Source of the DNA: Naegleria gruberi | Lineage: Eukaryota | Strand: one strand, 5' to 3' | NCBI GenBank assembly: GCA_000004985.1 | Contig: GG739519.1 | DNA: 1,164 bases | Shown: piece by piece, positions 1-1,164 of the stretch | How positions within the stretch are numbered: position 1 is the stretch's first letter | Layout of the letters: the number at the start of each line of letters is the position of its first letter | Notes under the pieces: generated by a model | What the model was told of the DNA's origin: nothing | The model's database searches: none | Seen by the model: the letters and a program-made list of their open reading frames with translations, nothing else | Position numbers and translations under genes: made by a program

Positions 1-62
1 AATTTGTCGGGTGAAAAGTAAAACCATTTATTGATAGTAAATTTGATGGTGCAGCACTATTC

Positions 63-857
63 TTGATTGTGGATGAAATTAAAAAAGGGAAAGAGGATTC
101 TAATATTTTACAAGTATTACAAACAATGTTTCATTTTGGTGGTATTATTATGGACTCTCAATTAACAATAACCTGTATTAGAATTATAAATTGGGTGAAA
201 GATAATTTAATCAAAGTTAATACTATTAAGCCTATCATTGAAGAGAATGATCTTTTAAGTTTTATATTTATATTGGGTATTAGTGAAGAAATTGAACTAA
301 TACATAAAAAAGTTGAAGAATCCTCACAGATTGTTGTACATGGATTTGGATCTGATTTTACATTTGTAGGAAGAGGTGTTGTTTTAGAAAAATTTAATTC
401 ATGCTATGAAAATTATTACAATTCACTTAATAATAATGGACAAGTAGACAGAGATAATGTTATATTTCCATTTATAGCAGCAGCACCTGGTATTGGAAAA
501 TCAAGAATGATGAAAGAAATTGGTATTCAAATGTTTCATAACAAACAATTCTTTCCATTATTTACTTCATTTGGTAATGCAACTAAGTTTGATGAACCAT
601 TAGAACTAAATCCAATTAATGGTTTATGTATTAGAATAATATATTCACTTCTATGCGCATTTAAAGGAAAGAATAATGCAGGCGCTTTTTATGAATTAGT
701 TTCAAAATGGTATAATTATTTTGGAAATAGAAATGTTTACGATTTACAAACAATTTTAAAAGTGTGTAAACAATTAATTTCTCCAAAAGAGGAACTTAAT
801 TTCTTTTTAGGAATGGAGTACAAGTTCTTGATAAATGTGGTCAATTTAGCTTACTAG
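63..857 (+). CDS. P-loop NTPase-like protein, N-terminal ~135 aa unknown domain followed by a Walker A motif. Probably the 5' portion of a longer gene that continues in the -1 frame. Start is uncertain (TTG 63, GTG 69 or ATG 126). The frame is open back to the TGA at 12-14.
   Basis: A 264-codon open frame from the supplied ORF track, confirmed by hand. Walker A AAAPGIGKS at nt 477-503, where GIGKS = ggt att gga aaa tca at 489-503. A stop-free stretch of 281 codons is very unlikely by chance in sequence this AT-rich. There is no convincing Walker B (hhhhD/E) between the Walker A and the stop at 855-857 in this frame. No Shine-Dalgarno-like sequence precedes any candidate start. Confidence 0.65.
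   Translation: MIVDEIKKGKEDSNILQVLQTMFHFGGIIMDSQLTITCIRIINWVKDNLIKVNTIKPIIEENDLLSFIFILGISEEIELIHKKVEESSQIVVHGFGSDFTFVGRGVVLEKFNSCYENYYNSLNNNGQVDRDNVIFPFIAAAPGIGKSRMMKEIGIQMFHNKQFFPLFTSFGNATKFDEPLELNPINGLCIRIIYSLLCAFKGKNNAGAFYELVSKWYNYFGNRNVYDLQTILKVCKQLISPKEELNFFLGMEYKFLINVVNLAY
477..503 (+). other. Walker A / P-loop nucleotide-binding motif (AAAPGIGKS), a variant of GxxxxGK[ST] with Ala in the first Gly position.
   Basis: Direct translation of gca gca gca cct ggt att gga aaa tca. It is preceded by a hydrophobic beta-strand-like segment, VIFPFI, as is typical of P-loop folds. Confidence 0.7.
800..857 (+). other. Frame-overlap zone where coding signal switches from frame 0 to frame 2, a -1 frameshift. 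It contains the T5 homopolymer at 804-808 and the TAG stop at 855-857.
   Basis: Both frame 0 and frame 2 are open across this 58-nt interval. Upstream only frame 0 is open, and downstream only frame 2. Confidence 0.5.
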
Positions 858-1164
858 TATCAGCACTTGGTAAATATTTGCAAGAACCTAATTGTGGAAT
901 ACTTTATCCTTTATTTACAGGTACTTATTATACAGGTGTAAGAGAAAGTGTATTGGGAAGTGGTTGGACTCCACAATATATTCCAATGGATGCCATGTTA
1001 CCAATATCAAGTTTAGATGAAATAATAGATGCACTAGTTTTAAAATATAATGGTAAATTAAAAGAATGGAGAATTGATATGTTCTTTAAGCATTATTTAA
1101 GAACATTACGTGGTTATGCAAGAGGTGTGAGAATATTATTTATCTCATTTATTCAAAAAGATGA
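800..1164 (+). CDS. Open reading frame in frame 2 (-1 relative to the upstream CDS), 3'-truncated by the window end. Probable C-terminal continuation of the NTPase domain: FLFRNGVQVLDKCGQFSLLVSALGKYLQEPNCGILYPLFTGTYYTGVRESVLGSGWTPQYIPMDAMLPISSLDEIIDALVLKYNGKLKEWRIDMFFKHYLRTLRGYARGVRILFISFIQKD...
   Basis: Hand translation: the frame is stop-free from nt 800 (just after the TAA at 797-799) to nt 1164, 121 codons. It was not listed in the ORF track, presumably because it has no in-window stop. Codon usage matches the upstream CDS (GGT, CCA, AGA, TTA). The first ATG in this frame is at 986 and a TTG is at 878, neither with an RBS, so an independent gene start is poorly supported. The motifs hhhhD (VQVLD, nt 818-832) and LFTGT (nt 911-925) have NTPase-like spacing. 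Confidence 0.55.

Noticed and set aside
1-21. Possible 3' end of an upstream + strand gene in frame 1 (NLSGEK then TAA at 19-21).
   Set aside because: Only 6 codons are visible in the window, so it cannot be supported as a feature. It is mentioned only as context for the start-site problem.
411-440. Asn/Tyr-rich low-complexity stretch (NYYNSLNNNG), which might suggest a Plasmodium- or Dictyostelium-type low-complexity insert or a repeat.
   Set aside because: It is short and consists of a single run. Otherwise the protein is of normal complexity, and no tandem nucleotide repeat is evident.
818-849. Candidate tiny spliceosomal introns GTA...TAG at 818-849 (32 nt) or GTT...TAG at 824-849 (26 nt). 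Either would join frame 0 to frame 2 in phase, giving ...FFLGMDLLVSALGKY... or ...GMEYNLLVSALGKY....
   Set aside because: Introns this short occur essentially only in ciliates such as Paramecium (~25 nt) and a few others. Ciliate nuclear codes read TAA/TAG as Gln, and those codons should then be frequent. Frame 0 has zero TAA/TAG in 265 codons and uses CAA throughout. Stentor uses the standard code but has 15-16-nt introns. With two frames both open over 58 nt, some phase-compatible GT...AG pair is expected by chance. Removing the segment would also delete the candidate Walker B (VQVLD).
852-859. 8-bp perfect palindrome TACTAGTA (it contains an ACTAGT site) overlapping the TAG stop codon of the frame-0 ORF.
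   Set aside because: It is too short to be significant in AT-rich DNA. There is no flanking inverted-repeat stem or T-tract to suggest a terminator or a protein-binding site.
878-1164. Independent downstream gene starting at TTG 878 or ATG 986 in frame 2.
   Set aside because: There is no Shine-Dalgarno-like sequence upstream of either. Frame 2 is already open from nt 800, overlapping the upstream ORF, and NTPase-like motifs lie upstream of both candidate starts. Continuation by frameshift explains the data better, though two genes cannot be excluded without homology searches.
1-1164. Minus-strand genes, tRNA/ncRNA, CRISPR repeats, or IS/transposon terminal inverted repeats.
   Set aside because: The ORF track shows no minus-strand ORF. 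I found no cloverleaf-like GC-rich stems, no regularly spaced direct repeats, and no long inverted repeats on reading the sequence. The + strand coding signal accounts for essentially the whole window.

Overview
This is an AT-rich window (roughly 30% G+C by eye). Coding signal lies only on the + strand and nearly fills the window. Frame 0 (codon starts at 63, 66, ...) is open from the TGA at 12-14 to the TAG at 855-857 and encodes a protein with a clear P-loop/Walker A motif, AAAPGIGKS at nt 477-503. The same strand continues as a stop-free frame 2 (a -1 shift) from nt 800 to the window end: 121 codons with no stop, in a genome where random frames hit a stop every ~12-15 codons. The two frames overlap over nt 800-857. 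The shifted frame carries motifs expected C-terminal of a Walker A: hhhhD (VQVLDKCGQ, nt 818-844) and a sensor-like LFTGT about 29 codons further on. My best reading is a single gene for a STAND/NACHT-like or other P-loop NTPase that is interrupted by a -1 frameshift. That frameshift could be a sequencing indel at the T5 run (804-808), a genuine pseudogene, or, less likely, a programmed frameshift. The gene has no obvious Shine-Dalgarno site; the candidate starts are TTG at 63, GTG at 69, and the first in-frame ATG at 126. Codon usage (AGA, GGT, CCA, TTA, CAA, no CGN bias) fits a low-GC Firmicute/Mollicute, a giant virus, or a Dictyostelium-like eukaryote, and I cannot assign the domain of life from this window. 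The region 1-62 has coding-like composition. I found no RNA genes, CRISPR arrays, mobile-element ends, or significant repeats.
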